From IMG/VR virus record IMGVR_UViG_3300013093_000043, positions 3,681 to 67,680 of that record: 64,000 nt of DNA, one strand, 5' to 3'. Origin of the DNA: a virus. Positions within the stretch are counted from its first letter, which is position 1; each line of letters opens with the position of its first letter. The notes beneath the pieces are model-generated. The model made no database searches. It saw only the letters and a list, made by a program, of their open reading frames with translations, and was not told where the DNA came from. A program made the translations under genes and the position numbers. Below, in pieces: positions 29,826 through 40,417 of the stretch.

Positions 29826-30155
29826 ATGGACTTAGACACACTCAAATCATACATCACAGTAGCCACAGACTATCAAGTTAACAAACGCATACTCCGCGAG
29901 AAAATCCAAACCGATTTGCATTTTGCCTACAATGGCGGCTTGTTCAAAGCCACTCCCGAATTGATTTTGTTTGCAAATGCATGGCCTCGTACTCAAGACT
30001 TGTATTTGGAAGACACATATCAAAATCCCATACACATTCCCGATCCTGAATCGTTTGCTGAACAATGCAAAGAATGTTATTCTAAAGTGATGAACCGTTG
30101 GCATCAACAACATGACGAACTCAAAAAAATTAGAAAAATCCACTTCAACCGCTAG
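29826..30155 (+). CDS. Hypothetical protein (first gene of the modification cluster)
   Basis: 109-aa ORF directly at the promoter, overlapping the next gene. Confidence 0.7.
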   Translation: MDLDTLKSYITVATDYQVNKRILREKIQTDLHFAYNGGLFKATPELILFANAWPRTQDLYLEDTYQNPIHIPDPESFAEQCKECYSKVMNRWHQQHDELKKIRKIHFNR

Positions 30156-30930
30156 AGGTGTTGTTGTATTTGCATTTAACACCGAGACTGTTGACTATGT
30201 AAAGATTGCAGATCAAACCAGTCAATTGGCCGGCCACTACATGGATTTGCCCGTCACACTAATAACTGATCATGATGCAGATCCCAAGTTTAGATACGAC
30301 AATATCATAACAATAGATAAACAAGGAGATAATTTTAGAGATGGAAGCGTACAATGGAGAAATCGTGGACGACATTGGGCATACGCTCTCACGCCCTATG
30401 AAGATACTATATTGCTTGATTGCGACTATTTGGTGCTTGATTCCAGTCTCGATCGTTTATTTGATACAGACTTTGACTACAAACTAATGCACCATAACAC
30501 AAATTATGCGGGTGCAGTATATGAACGCATGGGCGAGACTAGCTTACCGTTTATCTGGGCCACAGTGATACTATTTCGCAAATCTAAAAAATCTGAATTG
30601 TTATTCGATCTAGTGGGAAAGATACAACGCAATTACGATTATTACCGAGCATTGTATAACATTCGTGAAGGTAATTATAGAAACGATTATGCGTTTGCTA
30701 TTGCTAACACGATCTTAAACGGATACAACTTGAATGAAGATCAGGGCATTCCGTGGCCTATGTTTACTATTGAAGAAACGATTGATCAAGTATTGTATGA
30801 CGACAATTTTTTATATGTTTATAGTGAAGGTGCAGGGAGAATAGTGCCAAGACAAAACACACACATCATGGACAAACAATATCTACAAAGTCCGGACTTT
30901 GAACAATTGGTAAATGGATTAATGGTATGA
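30112..30930 (+). CDS. GT-A fold glycosyltransferase-like protein
   Basis: GVVVFAFN..DY...A, LTPYEDTILLDCDY (DxD motif), RNDYAFAIA. Confidence 0.7.
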   Translation: MTNSKKLEKSTSTARGVVVFAFNTETVDYVKIADQTSQLAGHYMDLPVTLITDHDADPKFRYDNIITIDKQGDNFRDGSVQWRNRGRHWAYALTPYEDTILLDCDYLVLDSSLDRLFDTDFDYKLMHHNTNYAGAVYERMGETSLPFIWATVILFRKSKKSELLFDLVGKIQRNYDYYRALYNIREGNYRNDYAFAIANTILNGYNLNEDQGIPWPMFTIEETIDQVLYDDNFLYVYSEGAGRIVPRQNTHIMDKQYLQSPDFEQLVNGLMV

Positions 30931-31766
30931 GTCAACATCAAGAACAACAGGGTTTTGTAACCTTTGCAATTAACACGCCCGAAGTTGACTACGGACGATT
31001 GGCATATCTTCAATGCTTGAATGTTAAAGCCACGCAACAAGAGAACCGTTATGCGGTTATTGCGGATGAAGCAACATACAATTCATTTAACAAAAAACAA
31101 CTCAACGCATTTGATTATGTTATCAGACTGCCTGAGGGATTTGAACAAAATCCCTTTGTTGCAGAACCTTATGTGTTCTCGCTTACTCCGTTTAAAGAAA
31201 CTATTAAACTAGAAAGTGATTTATTGTTTACCCGCAGTATAGATCACTGGTGGACTGCATTTAGACTTCGTGATGTTTGTTTAGGTAATGGTGCCAAAAA
31301 TGTTATGGACACACCCAGTGCGGTTAGAAAATACAGACAACTATTTGATGCAAATCAATTACCTGATGTTTATACAGGCTTGATGTATTTTAGATACACG
31401 CAAACTGCCAAACAATTTTTTGAACTTGCTAGGTTTGTATTTCAGGAATGGGATTTTATTAAAACTTATCTTGAAGGTGTAGACCTAGAACTAAAGCCCA
31501 CAACCGATGTTGTGTATGCATTGGCGGCATTGATTTTGGGCGAAGAAGCAGTCTTGATGCCTAGTATGGATTTTATAAACTTCGTACACATGAAGTCGGG
31601 CTTCAATGGATGGAGCGATGCACGTAGTTGGCTAGAGACTGTGATGCACGAGCGTGATGGTGATATTATACGCATTAACAACTTAAATCAATACGATCCG
31701 GTTCACTATCATGACAAAACATACGCCACACAGGAACTAATAGAATACTATGAATCAAAAGCCTAA
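30927..31766 (+). CDS. GT-A fold glycosyltransferase-like protein (paralog of 30112)
   Basis: GFVTFAIN..DY..LA, LTPFKETIKLESDLLF, PDVYTGLMYF, TTDVVYALA, FVHMK. Confidence 0.65.
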   Translation: MSQHQEQQGFVTFAINTPEVDYGRLAYLQCLNVKATQQENRYAVIADEATYNSFNKKQLNAFDYVIRLPEGFEQNPFVAEPYVFSLTPFKETIKLESDLLFTRSIDHWWTAFRLRDVCLGNGAKNVMDTPSAVRKYRQLFDANQLPDVYTGLMYFRYTQTAKQFFELARFVFQEWDFIKTYLEGVDLELKPTTDVVYALAALILGEEAVLMPSMDFINFVHMKSGFNGWSDARSWLETVMHERDGDIIRINNLNQYDPVHYHDKTYATQELIEYYESKA

Positions 31767-32484
31767 AATTTTTATTGGTGGAGATAGCTGGGGTTGCGGC
31801 GAATGGATAGGGCATAAAGTGACTCATCGTGGACTAGAACAATATTTTTTAGATGTAGGATATACTGTTATAAATTCATCTAGACCGAGCAGCTCAAATA
31901 TACAATCAATTATACGTTTAGATGAATCCCTCAAAATTTTCAATAATGATATTATTCTGTGGATACAAACAGATCCTATCAGGGACGTAAGTATAGATAA
32001 AAGTCAAGCTCTAGATGTACATAAATTAAGAGATGGTATTGAAAAGTTTGGAGGATTTGTAAAATTTATGGAGTTTTTGCTTCATGAAAATTATAAAAAA
32101 TTAAATGATATTGCAAAAGAAAACAATACTGTTATACATTTAATTGGCGGAATGACAAATGTGATGGAAAATATTGCTAGTGATTTTAAAAATTTAAATG
32201 TAGTAGTACAATCGTGGCATCATCTACTGGTAGGTAACATCCCGCAATATTCCGAATGGTACAAGGAATTATATTTGGGAATTTTAAGTAAGAATATAAA
32301 TGAATTTTCTTTACAGTTATACGAATGGAAAACAAAATCTAAATTGGTCAACGAATTATACACAATAACAAAAAAATGGGATCAGTTCCAATCATTGGAG
32401 AATATATATCCAGACCGAGCACATCCAAGTAGACACGGCCATAAAAAACTTTTTGATTATATCATAAATGAATTAAAACTATGA
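31750..32484 (+). CDS. SGNH/GDSL-like hydrolase or acyltransferase (AT-rich gene)
   Basis: N-terminal GGDSWGCG and C-terminal DRAHPSRHGH (D-x-x-H). Confidence 0.6.
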   Translation: MNQKPKIFIGGDSWGCGEWIGHKVTHRGLEQYFLDVGYTVINSSRPSSSNIQSIIRLDESLKIFNNDIILWIQTDPIRDVSIDKSQALDVHKLRDGIEKFGGFVKFMEFLLHENYKKLNDIAKENNTVIHLIGGMTNVMENIASDFKNLNVVVQSWHHLLVGNIPQYSEWYKELYLGILSKNINEFSLQLYEWKTKSKLVNELYTITKKWDQFQSLENIYPDRAHPSRHGHKKLFDYIINELKL

Positions 32485-32825
32485 GTAAAGATTTTTGGCA
32501 CGAAGTTGAAAGTTTAATCAAACCCGTACCCAAATTGGAATTAGAGTATAGGCTATATTATGACGAAGAAGGTAATATTGTTTCTTGTTCCATGACAGAT
32601 CATCCCAAAAGCGGTGAATATATTGTTGTGACCCGACAAGAATATGATACATACTTTACATATCAAGTTATTCGTGGACGATTAGTAAAAATCGAACAAG
32701 ATGCCAAGTATCGTGTGCAATTGGAAAAGAGTAATAAGGGATTTCAAGTAGTACGCGGACATGCCGGACTCGTAATAGAAGATGAAGAATATAACGACAC
32801 AGAATACTATGAAAGAACCAATTAA
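32481..32825 (+). CDS. Hypothetical protein
   Basis: 114 aa with ATGA coupling and a YRLYYDEEGNI motif. Confidence 0.65.
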   Translation: MSKDFWHEVESLIKPVPKLELEYRLYYDEEGNIVSCSMTDHPKSGEYIVVTRQEYDTYFTYQVIRGRLVKIEQDAKYRVQLEKSNKGFQVVRGHAGLVIEDEEYNDTEYYERTN

Positions 32826-33513
32826 CTTACTGGTAAATGGTGCCAGTTTTAGTCGAGGCCCAACTGCCTGGCCTTATCATCTTGACGGTGTCAATTTGAC
32901 CAATTTGGCCTGTGCCGCTGCAGGTAATACCTATATTCATGACACCACTATTTCAGAATTGGCCAATAGAAAATATGATTTTGTTGCAATTATGTGGACT
33001 GAGCCGGCGAGAACTGATATAAAAGTCTCAAACATAAATGTATTTAATACGTCAACTTATACCAGCAAGTATCAATCAACAAAAAACGATTGGCAAGGAA
33101 AAATAATTTATCCCGTTAACGATCAAGACTATGTTGAAAAAAATTGGGTGTTTGGTTGCGGATATATCAATAAAGAATCAGAGTTATTAAAAACCAAATT
33201 ATTTGACCAGTTATACCGTTACCAGTCAATTGAACAACTAGTTGAAAAATCCTTGATACATATGATTTCTTTGCAAGGTATATTGAAGTCAATAAATATA
33301 CCGTATTTGTTTATGTATGATAACGATTATTCTGGTGACTTTCAAAAGTTTTCGGCATTGTATAATGTTCTGGATCAAGCCAATATCTACATCACCAATA
33401 ACATATATGCTATAACAAAACAAAACAACTGGTACGACGAGGACAAACATCATCCCGGCCCAGAAGCACACAAAAAATGGGCTGAATTAATTAATCCTTT
33501 TATAACAAAATGA
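32809..33513 (+). CDS. SGNH-like hydrolase or acyltransferase
   Basis: The start is reassigned to ATG 32809 (MKEPINLLVNGASFS). Motifs NLACAAAGN, MWT..R and DKHHPGPEAH. Confidence 0.6.
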   Translation: MKEPINLLVNGASFSRGPTAWPYHLDGVNLTNLACAAAGNTYIHDTTISELANRKYDFVAIMWTEPARTDIKVSNINVFNTSTYTSKYQSTKNDWQGKIIYPVNDQDYVEKNWVFGCGYINKESELLKTKLFDQLYRYQSIEQLVEKSLIHMISLQGILKSINIPYLFMYDNDYSGDFQKFSALYNVLDQANIYITNNIYAITKQNNWYDEDKHHPGPEAHKKWAELINPFITK

Positions 33514-34409
33514 CACAAGATTTGATTGACATAGCCGATTTAGATGTAGTATTTTTAACATACGACGAACCACGACGAGAAGAATTTTGGATACAGATTC
33601 AAAACATGGTGCCTTGGGCAACAAGAGTGGACGGTGTAAAAGGAAGTGATGCAGCTCACAAAGCAGCTGCTGATGCCAGCACTACTGATCGTTTCGTGCT
33701 CATTGATGGCGACAATATTCCCGACGCTAGTTTCTTCAACTTACAGTTGGATTCACGAATCAATGCTCGTGGGGTATTTCGTTATCGTGCTAGGAATAAT
33801 ATTAATGGCTTGATGTACGGCAACGGCGGATTGAGCATTTGGCACAAAGACTTTGTGTACAACATGCGGACACACGAGAATACAGATGGCTCAGATGCAA
33901 CTGCTGTGGAGTTTTGTTTCCACCCGGACTATTGGGCTATGCATGACTGCTATAGCACCACATACCCTGATGCCACCGCATTCCAAGCATGGCGAGCCGG
34001 CTTTCGTGAAGGTGTTAAAATGTGTTTGGACCGTGGTGCCAAGCCCTCAATCTCGGAGTTTAAAACTCGTGTAGTCGGTCGCAACATGGATAACCTAAGC
34101 ATATGGCACAACGTGGGTGCTGACAATGAGATGGGCATTTGGGCCATGGCCGGTGCTAGACAAGGCACATATAATACAATGCTCTCGGACTGGGATTATC
34201 GAGAGGTGCAGGACTTTGCGATGTTAAAAGACTATTGGGAAGAGACGGTGCAACATTTCAATCCGGTAAACTTTTTCCATAATTATCGAGAAGAATTAAC
34301 ACAACGTTTGGGCCTGCCCATGGTTGATTTAGATGCTGAACAAAGTAGATTCTTTAAGCATCATTACAAAAGTAATTTTCGAAACACAGGACCCATGGTA
34401 CGAGAATGA
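33510..34409 (+). CDS. GT-A fold glycosyltransferase-like protein
   Basis: DVVFLTYDEP..VDGVKGSDAAHKAAA..FVLIDGD (DxD motif), NGLMYGNGG, AWRAGFREGVK. Confidence 0.65.
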   Translation: MTQDLIDIADLDVVFLTYDEPRREEFWIQIQNMVPWATRVDGVKGSDAAHKAAADASTTDRFVLIDGDNIPDASFFNLQLDSRINARGVFRYRARNNINGLMYGNGGLSIWHKDFVYNMRTHENTDGSDATAVEFCFHPDYWAMHDCYSTTYPDATAFQAWRAGFREGVKMCLDRGAKPSISEFKTRVVGRNMDNLSIWHNVGADNEMGIWAMAGARQGTYNTMLSDWDYREVQDFAMLKDYWEETVQHFNPVNFFHNYREELTQRLGLPMVDLDAEQSRFFKHHYKSNFRNTGPMVRE

Positions 34410-34930
34410 TCAAAGAAGTAAAATTAAATTACGACTTATCGGTATTTTTAAATGCCGATTACACCCAACACGAAGGTAGTTGTATCAAACATCAGGTATA
34501 CGAATTGACCGATGTGCACGAAAAGTTTGGCGGGTTCCCTAAAACCTATAAGTATGATAATACTCTTATAAATCAATTATGGTGGGATAGCACACAAGTC
34601 GATTTTAAAGACATTGGCAACCAATTGGGCATGGAAGTAATTACAGTAAGCAGTATTTTACAACCTCCAGGATGTGTTATACCCTTGCACAGAGACACCT
34701 TTTTTCAAATTAACCAACGCTATCCCGATCGCAAAGAATTAAAAGTACGTGCCAACATTTATCTTGAAGATTGGAAAACAGGTCATTTTTTACAATATGA
34801 TGACATTGTGATATCAAATTGGCAAGCCGGTACTGGATACTTGTGGGACAGTAGTGTGTTACACCTAGGTGCTAATGCCGGAATGGAGGACAAATACACA
34901 TTGCAAGTGTCGGGATTTTATCATGAATAA
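34406..34930 (+). CDS. 2OG-Fe(II)/cupin oxygenase-like protein
   Basis: PPGCVIPLHRD (H-x-D) and LHLGANAG..KYTLQVSG. Confidence 0.65.
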   Translation: MIKEVKLNYDLSVFLNADYTQHEGSCIKHQVYELTDVHEKFGGFPKTYKYDNTLINQLWWDSTQVDFKDIGNQLGMEVITVSSILQPPGCVIPLHRDTFFQINQRYPDRKELKVRANIYLEDWKTGHFLQYDDIVISNWQAGTGYLWDSSVLHLGANAGMEDKYTLQVSGFYHE

Positions 34931-35570
34931 CACTAATTTGGATTTTCGATTACTACATGATTCGGGCAAGATTTTGTGTTTTGTCGGGCACTCGTATGGC
35001 AATTTTACACTGTTTAACTATTTTCAACCAACAAGGCCCTGCGAAATATATCGTATCGAAGAAATAGAAAACAATTCCAGTGATTGGTTTGATGCCAGAC
35101 AGTTTATATCGGTATCGGCCGATATTGCATTGAAACGACGCATTGTTGACTCGTTACAAAAACACAATCCCGATTATTTCAGCGTTGTGGCTGCTCGATG
35201 CCATATTGGATTCAATGTCGAGATCGGACGCGGAACGTATATCAGTGATTTCAATACCTTGTTGGACAACACTGTGGTAGGCAACTATGTGGTAATAACA
35301 CACTACGTGTCCTTGAGCCACGAAGTCAAGATTGGAGATTATTGCCATATTGGCCCAAGTGCGTATTTGTTGTTTACCAACTTGGGAGCAGGATCGTATG
35401 TTGCAGCCAAATCAAATTTTTTAGGAAAAACCAAATCACCAATCACAACTGCTGACCATTGCAATTACTTGATTGGATCAACAGTGACAAAAAATATAAC
35501 AGCGACTGGAACTTACCACAACAATAGGCATTTGAATTCCAATTCAAGCCTAAACACCAAGATAGATTGA
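34923..35570 (+). CDS. Hexapeptide-repeat sugar acetyltransferase (PglD/NeuD-like)
   Basis: The start is reassigned to ATG 34923. Left-handed beta-helix repeats IGFNVEIGRGTYI..VGNYVVI..LSHEVKIGDYCHIGP include the catalytic-type His. Confidence 0.75.
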   Translation: MNNTNLDFRLLHDSGKILCFVGHSYGNFTLFNYFQPTRPCEIYRIEEIENNSSDWFDARQFISVSADIALKRRIVDSLQKHNPDYFSVVAARCHIGFNVEIGRGTYISDFNTLLDNTVVGNYVVITHYVSLSHEVKIGDYCHIGPSAYLLFTNLGAGSYVAAKSNFLGKTKSPITTADHCNYLIGSTVTKNITATGTYHNNRHLNSNSSLNTKID

Positions 35571-35571
35571 T

Positions 35572-36660
35572 ATGAAACGAGCCGTTATTTGCGTGGAGAA
35601 TCCACAAGACTATATTTCTAAAATAACTGATTACAGTCAAATGATAATAAATCCCTTGGCCAATGCCGATAGGAATCAGTACCTTCTGGACCATTCGGAT
35701 TGGAGTTTGCTTATCACTGATCAAGGCGAGCAATATCGCAACGGCGGCGATTACGATGAAGCTGTTTTTTTGTATACTTCGGGAACCACTGGCGACAGTA
35801 AATTTTACAGCTTTACACAAAGCCAATTGGATATAGTAATTGACAATGTGATATCCGAATACAATTTGACTGCAAATGATATCTATGCCTCGCTTATGCC
35901 ACTGTGGCATCCATACGGGCAAACTTTTTATCGAGTGGCCAAAAAAGTCAATTGCGAAGTACATCATTACTCGATTAAAAACTGGAGTGAAAGTCCCAAA
36001 TGCAATCCAACATTTATTGCATCTGCTCCGGTTTTTCTAAAAACATTGGCCAAATTTGATTTTACCAATTTGGATTTTATTATTTCGGCCGGCGGAGCAT
36101 TTGCAAACATAAATGAATACAACGAGTTCAAGAACAAATTCAACTCGATCATTTTGGAATCATATGGATTGACCGAATCGTTGGGACATTGTTTTACAAA
36201 TCCACGTTATGGCGAACATAGATATGGCACAATAGGATTACCGTTTGGCCTAGAAGCCAAGATAGATCAAGACAATCATCTACATCTACATGGACCGGCC
36301 TGTGCCATGCCCGGCTGGTTTGATACCGGGGATCTAGCACAACAAGACGACAAGGGCTACTACAAACTGTTGGGTAGAAGTGACGATATAATACGAACAA
36401 AGGGAGTAAATATAAATCCTTTAAGTATCGAGAAACAACTGCGAGAAAATATTCCGGGACTAGTAGAATGTGCAATATTTGGAACTGATCGTATAAACTG
36501 TGTGTATGTGGGTGACGCGACACCGGATCAAATACAGAAATTTTTACTTGGACTTGGCTCGCATTGTCGAGCAAAAAACATAGTAAAAATGGATGCACTG
36601 CCGTTGAATGTTTCGGGAAAAATTTCAAGGTACTACCTAAACAATTTATTTAAATCATGA
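35572..36660 (+). CDS. AMP-binding (ANL superfamily) acyl-adenylate ligase, compact form
   Basis: YTSGTTGDSK, SYGLTE, FDTGDL, GRSDD and the terminal GKI motif. Confidence 0.85.
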   Translation: MKRAVICVENPQDYISKITDYSQMIINPLANADRNQYLLDHSDWSLLITDQGEQYRNGGDYDEAVFLYTSGTTGDSKFYSFTQSQLDIVIDNVISEYNLTANDIYASLMPLWHPYGQTFYRVAKKVNCEVHHYSIKNWSESPKCNPTFIASAPVFLKTLAKFDFTNLDFIISAGGAFANINEYNEFKNKFNSIILESYGLTESLGHCFTNPRYGEHRYGTIGLPFGLEAKIDQDNHLHLHGPACAMPGWFDTGDLAQQDDKGYYKLLGRSDDIIRTKGVNINPLSIEKQLRENIPGLVECAIFGTDRINCVYVGDATPDQIQKFLLGLGSHCRAKNIVKMDALPLNVSGKISRYYLNNLFKS

Positions 36661-37673
36661 TAAAATTAGAATCACGAGACGGTCAAATTTGGAATCTTGA
36701 AAGCAAAGTAGTTGAAATTATCAATGAAGCAATTGCCACAAAAGGCAGTATTGTAATTGATTTCAACTACGAGGGGCCTTGCCTGCGTTCTTGTGGATTT
36801 TATCAATTACTAGACAGTGTAACAAAAACTTTCAATGTTGATAAATCGAGATTTGTAATACAGACTTGTAATGTGGAAGAATGTCATGATGAATATAAAA
36901 TATTGATCAAAGATAATATTTGGCTAATTGAAGCCAAAAAATTTAGTAATGTGTTGGCACAGTCAAAAAATCCCGATTTAAAAACAGTAGGTTGTTTTAT
37001 TGGAAAAACCAATTGGGCTAGATTGATATTGGTCGCCTGGCTTGATCTTAATTACCACAAGCAATCGTTATTGACCTGTCATCACAACAACAATGGCGAG
37101 ATGCATCGTTCAGCACTACAGTTATCAGAGATAATGAATCGCAGTGCCGATGACATTGATGCAGCCACAAAATTTTTAAAAACTTGTCCTAGAACTCTTG
37201 AAAAATACGAAAAAAATTCTGATTTTTTACAAAATTATAATTATTCAACAAGTACAAAATATCAAGGAAGTTTAACCACAATGAGTTCATTGACTTTTGG
37301 ATTTTCAAAAGTCTATTCAGACATATTTTGTGAATTGGTATGTGAAACTTATTACAGTGGATTGACCTTCTTCCCCACAGAAAAAACATTTAAGCCCATT
37401 ATACAACTGACACCATTTATTGTGTTTGGTCCGCAAGGCCATTTGTCCAATTTGCAAAGATGCGGATTTAGAACATTTGGCAATTACTGGGACGAAAGTT
37501 ACGATGATTTTGCTGGAATAGATAGAATAGACAAAATCAAAAAGATAATATCAACATTGTGTATGCAAACTCAAACACAATTACAAGACATGTATCATGA
37601 CATGATGCCGATACTACAACACAATCAAAATAGATTATCAAAAATCACTCCCGGGGAATTAAAACTTGGATAA
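36657..37673 (+). CDS. GT10/GT-B-like 'TEK' family protein
   Basis: ETYY..FPTEKTFKPI..PF..G..GFRTFGNYWDESYD resembles the alpha-1,3-fucosyltransferase TEK motif. Confidence 0.55.
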   Translation: MIKLESRDGQIWNLESKVVEIINEAIATKGSIVIDFNYEGPCLRSCGFYQLLDSVTKTFNVDKSRFVIQTCNVEECHDEYKILIKDNIWLIEAKKFSNVLAQSKNPDLKTVGCFIGKTNWARLILVAWLDLNYHKQSLLTCHHNNNGEMHRSALQLSEIMNRSADDIDAATKFLKTCPRTLEKYEKNSDFLQNYNYSTSTKYQGSLTTMSSLTFGFSKVYSDIFCELVCETYYSGLTFFPTEKTFKPIIQLTPFIVFGPQGHLSNLQRCGFRTFGNYWDESYDDFAGIDRIDKIKKIISTLCMQTQTQLQDMYHDMMPILQHNQNRLSKITPGELKLG

Positions 37674-39054
37674 AAGTAACTTCATGGCCAATGCCGAATG
37701 GATGCGGGACAATCTTGGACCCGCACTCTGCTTGGCCAAATGGAAACAAGTAAGCCTACACTTGCCCACCGGACTCAACAACAGTTGTTATCATCCGCCA
37801 CTGCACGCTATTGCCGCAGATCAATTAAAAGATAATCCCGGAGCATTGCATAACACCGATCACAAGAAAGCTCAACGTGTTATTATGTTAAAGAATGAAA
37901 AACCCACAGAGTGTAGTTATTGTTGGAATATTGAACAACATGGACAATTGAGTGATAGGCATTATCGTTCAGGCGAACCCTGGGCCGCAGAAGATTACGA
38001 CGCTATAGTAAATAGTACTGGAAAGGAAGACGATGTCGTACCAAGTTATGTTGAAGTTAATTTTAATCATGCCTGTAATCTTGCTTGCAGCTATTGCAGC
38101 CCTCAATTTTCTAGTACCTGGCAAGCGGAAGTTGATCGATGGGGAGGATATCCTACTAGCACTATTCATAACGACCCTAGTCACTTTGTTGGTAGAAACC
38201 GCCCTATACCTGCCAGCCATGACAACCCATATGTAACTGCATTTTGGGAATGGTGGCCTACGCTATACCCTAAACTAAAACATTTTAGAATGACTGGTGG
38301 CGAGCCACTCATGGATAAAAACACATACAAAGTATTTGATTATGTGTTGGCCATACCCAAACCCGATTTGCATCTAAATGTCACTAGCAACTTTAGTGTA
38401 GAACCTGCACTATTTGACAAGTATTTGGGATATGTCAAGCAGTTATGCAACACACAAATAGAACATTTTATGCAGTTTGTGAGTTTAGATTCGGGAAATC
38501 CCGAACATGCTGAATATATTAGACATGGTTTAAATTTTCGAAGAATGGAATGGAATGTTAATTCATTCTTACATGAAATCCCATACCGCAATAGTCTTAC
38601 GTTTATTATTACAATGAACAATCTCAGTGTATTGGGACTACAACAACAATTGGAGTGGATCCTGGCACTACGCAAGTCGTACAGTACCACATACCAACGT
38701 GTTTGGTTCGACACTCCACTGTTGCGTAAACCCGAATGGCAAAGTTTACAAATACTTCCTCCTGTATACATTGCAATGTTAGAACGTGTGGCCGACTGGA
38801 TGGAACTAAATTTAGAAACGGCCGAAGATCCATTTCATGGATTCAAAGACTACGAAGTGCAACGTATGCGTCGGGATATAGATTGGATGAGGGAAGGTAG
38901 CAAATTGGATCCTGATTATGTTAAACTACAACGTGCCGACTTTTATAGATTCTTTAACGAACACGACAAACGCCGCAAAACCGATTTCATAGAAACATTT
39001 CCGCAGATGCGAGAATTTTGGAACGAATGCGAATACCATGCCAAAAATCAATAA
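37666..39054 (+). CDS. Radical SAM enzyme with an N-terminal SPASM/Twitch-like Cys domain (1)
   Basis: CNLACSYC and TGGEP. N-terminal CLAKW..SCYHP..ECSYCW. TTG start. Confidence 0.88.
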   Translation: MDKSNFMANAEWMRDNLGPALCLAKWKQVSLHLPTGLNNSCYHPPLHAIAADQLKDNPGALHNTDHKKAQRVIMLKNEKPTECSYCWNIEQHGQLSDRHYRSGEPWAAEDYDAIVNSTGKEDDVVPSYVEVNFNHACNLACSYCSPQFSSTWQAEVDRWGGYPTSTIHNDPSHFVGRNRPIPASHDNPYVTAFWEWWPTLYPKLKHFRMTGGEPLMDKNTYKVFDYVLAIPKPDLHLNVTSNFSVEPALFDKYLGYVKQLCNTQIEHFMQFVSLDSGNPEHAEYIRHGLNFRRMEWNVNSFLHEIPYRNSLTFIITMNNLSVLGLQQQLEWILALRKSYSTTYQRVWFDTPLLRKPEWQSLQILPPVYIAMLERVADWMELNLETAEDPFHGFKDYEVQRMRRDIDWMREGSKLDPDYVKLQRADFYRFFNEHDKRRKTDFIETFPQMREFWNECEYHAKNQ

Positions 39055-40417
39055 CGAAACAGACTCACAGTACAAGCGTCGAGTAATTGACATCAAGTCC
39101 AAATCATTCTGCGGGGCAAAATGGTACAATGCCACTATATGGTTAGGCTCGGGGCAAACCACAAGTTGTCATCATCCCTTACCGCATCAAGTCAGTGTCG
39201 AGGCAGTGACTGCCAATCCCAAAGCCTTACACAATACTCCAGAAAAGAAACACCAACGTGAGCAAATGCAACGCGGCGAGCGTCCTAGTGGTTGTGAATA
39301 CTGCTGGAAGATTGAAGATATGCATAAAGACACCGTTGGAGATGTTGCCGAGCCCATCAGTGACCGAGTATACAAAACAGTAATTTATTCAGACAAGGAC
39401 TTAGATCGAGCATACCGAACACCTGCTGACCAAGACGTGGACCTACAAACTTTGGAAATCGCATTCGACCGAACTTGTCAGTTTGCTTGTTCTTATTGTA
39501 ACCCTGCTTTTAGTAGCACTTGGGTTAAAGACATTAAACAACATGGTGCCTACACCAACTTGGTTAGTGACGGCAGGAACCATTTTACCCATACCCATAA
39601 TAGTAGTCAACTTTATAAATTCGGTGAGACTAATCCGTATGTGGAAGCGTTCCACAAGTGGTGGGAATCAAACCTCCATAGAACCCTAAAAGAACTACGC
39701 ATTACAGGTGGCGAACCTTTAATGAGTGCAGAGACTTGGCGGTTGATTGAATGGTTTAAGACCAACCGAGGCAAGAGTAAGACACGACTTGCCATTAACA
39801 GCAACTTGGGCACAGATGTAGATGTGGATAGATTGCTTGCAGCCATTGATGGTGTTGAAGTAGATTTATATACCAGCAACGAAGCACTAGGGGCACAAGC
39901 TGAATACATACGTGATGGTTTAGTGTGGCAGGATTGGTGCAACAACGTAGAAAAGTTATTGCAAAGTCAAAAGTTCCGCGGCATTCATGTTATGTGTACA
40001 ATTAATTTATTGTGTTTAGATAGCTTGCCTGAATTCCTAGATGTCGTAATGAATTGGAAATTGGAATACGGAAAAGATGCAATTAACTTTTCGCTAAATA
40101 TATTACGCTTTCCAAGTTTTCAATCACTAACCATTCTCCCTAGCGACATTAGACAAAGTTATGCCGGTAACCTATATGCATTCAGCAATAGATGGGGACG
40201 CGGCACCCACTTTGATTTGTTTCACGAGTTTGAACAAAATCAGCTAGACCGACTACTTGATTATATTGATGTGGTACAAAAACCACACGAGGAAGCCATG
40301 TCACAACAGATACTACAACGTGACTTTAAAAACTTTTATATGCAATATGATCAACGCCGAGGCAAAGACTTTGCCAAAACATTCCCTGCACTGGCCGACT
40401 GGTACAATAAACTATAA
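39038..40417 (+). CDS. Radical SAM enzyme with an N-terminal SPASM/Twitch-like Cys domain (2)
   Basis: CQFACSYC and TGGEP. N-terminal CGAKW..SCHHP..GCEYCW. Paralog of 37666. Confidence 0.88.
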   Translation: MPKINNETDSQYKRRVIDIKSKSFCGAKWYNATIWLGSGQTTSCHHPLPHQVSVEAVTANPKALHNTPEKKHQREQMQRGERPSGCEYCWKIEDMHKDTVGDVAEPISDRVYKTVIYSDKDLDRAYRTPADQDVDLQTLEIAFDRTCQFACSYCNPAFSSTWVKDIKQHGAYTNLVSDGRNHFTHTHNSSQLYKFGETNPYVEAFHKWWESNLHRTLKELRITGGEPLMSAETWRLIEWFKTNRGKSKTRLAINSNLGTDVDVDRLLAAIDGVEVDLYTSNEALGAQAEYIRDGLVWQDWCNNVEKLLQSQKFRGIHVMCTINLLCLDSLPEFLDVVMNWKLEYGKDAINFSLNILRFPSFQSLTILPSDIRQSYAGNLYAFSNRWGRGTHFDLFHEFEQNQLDRLLDYIDVVQKPHEEAMSQQILQRDFKNFYMQYDQRRGKDFAKTFPALADWYNKL

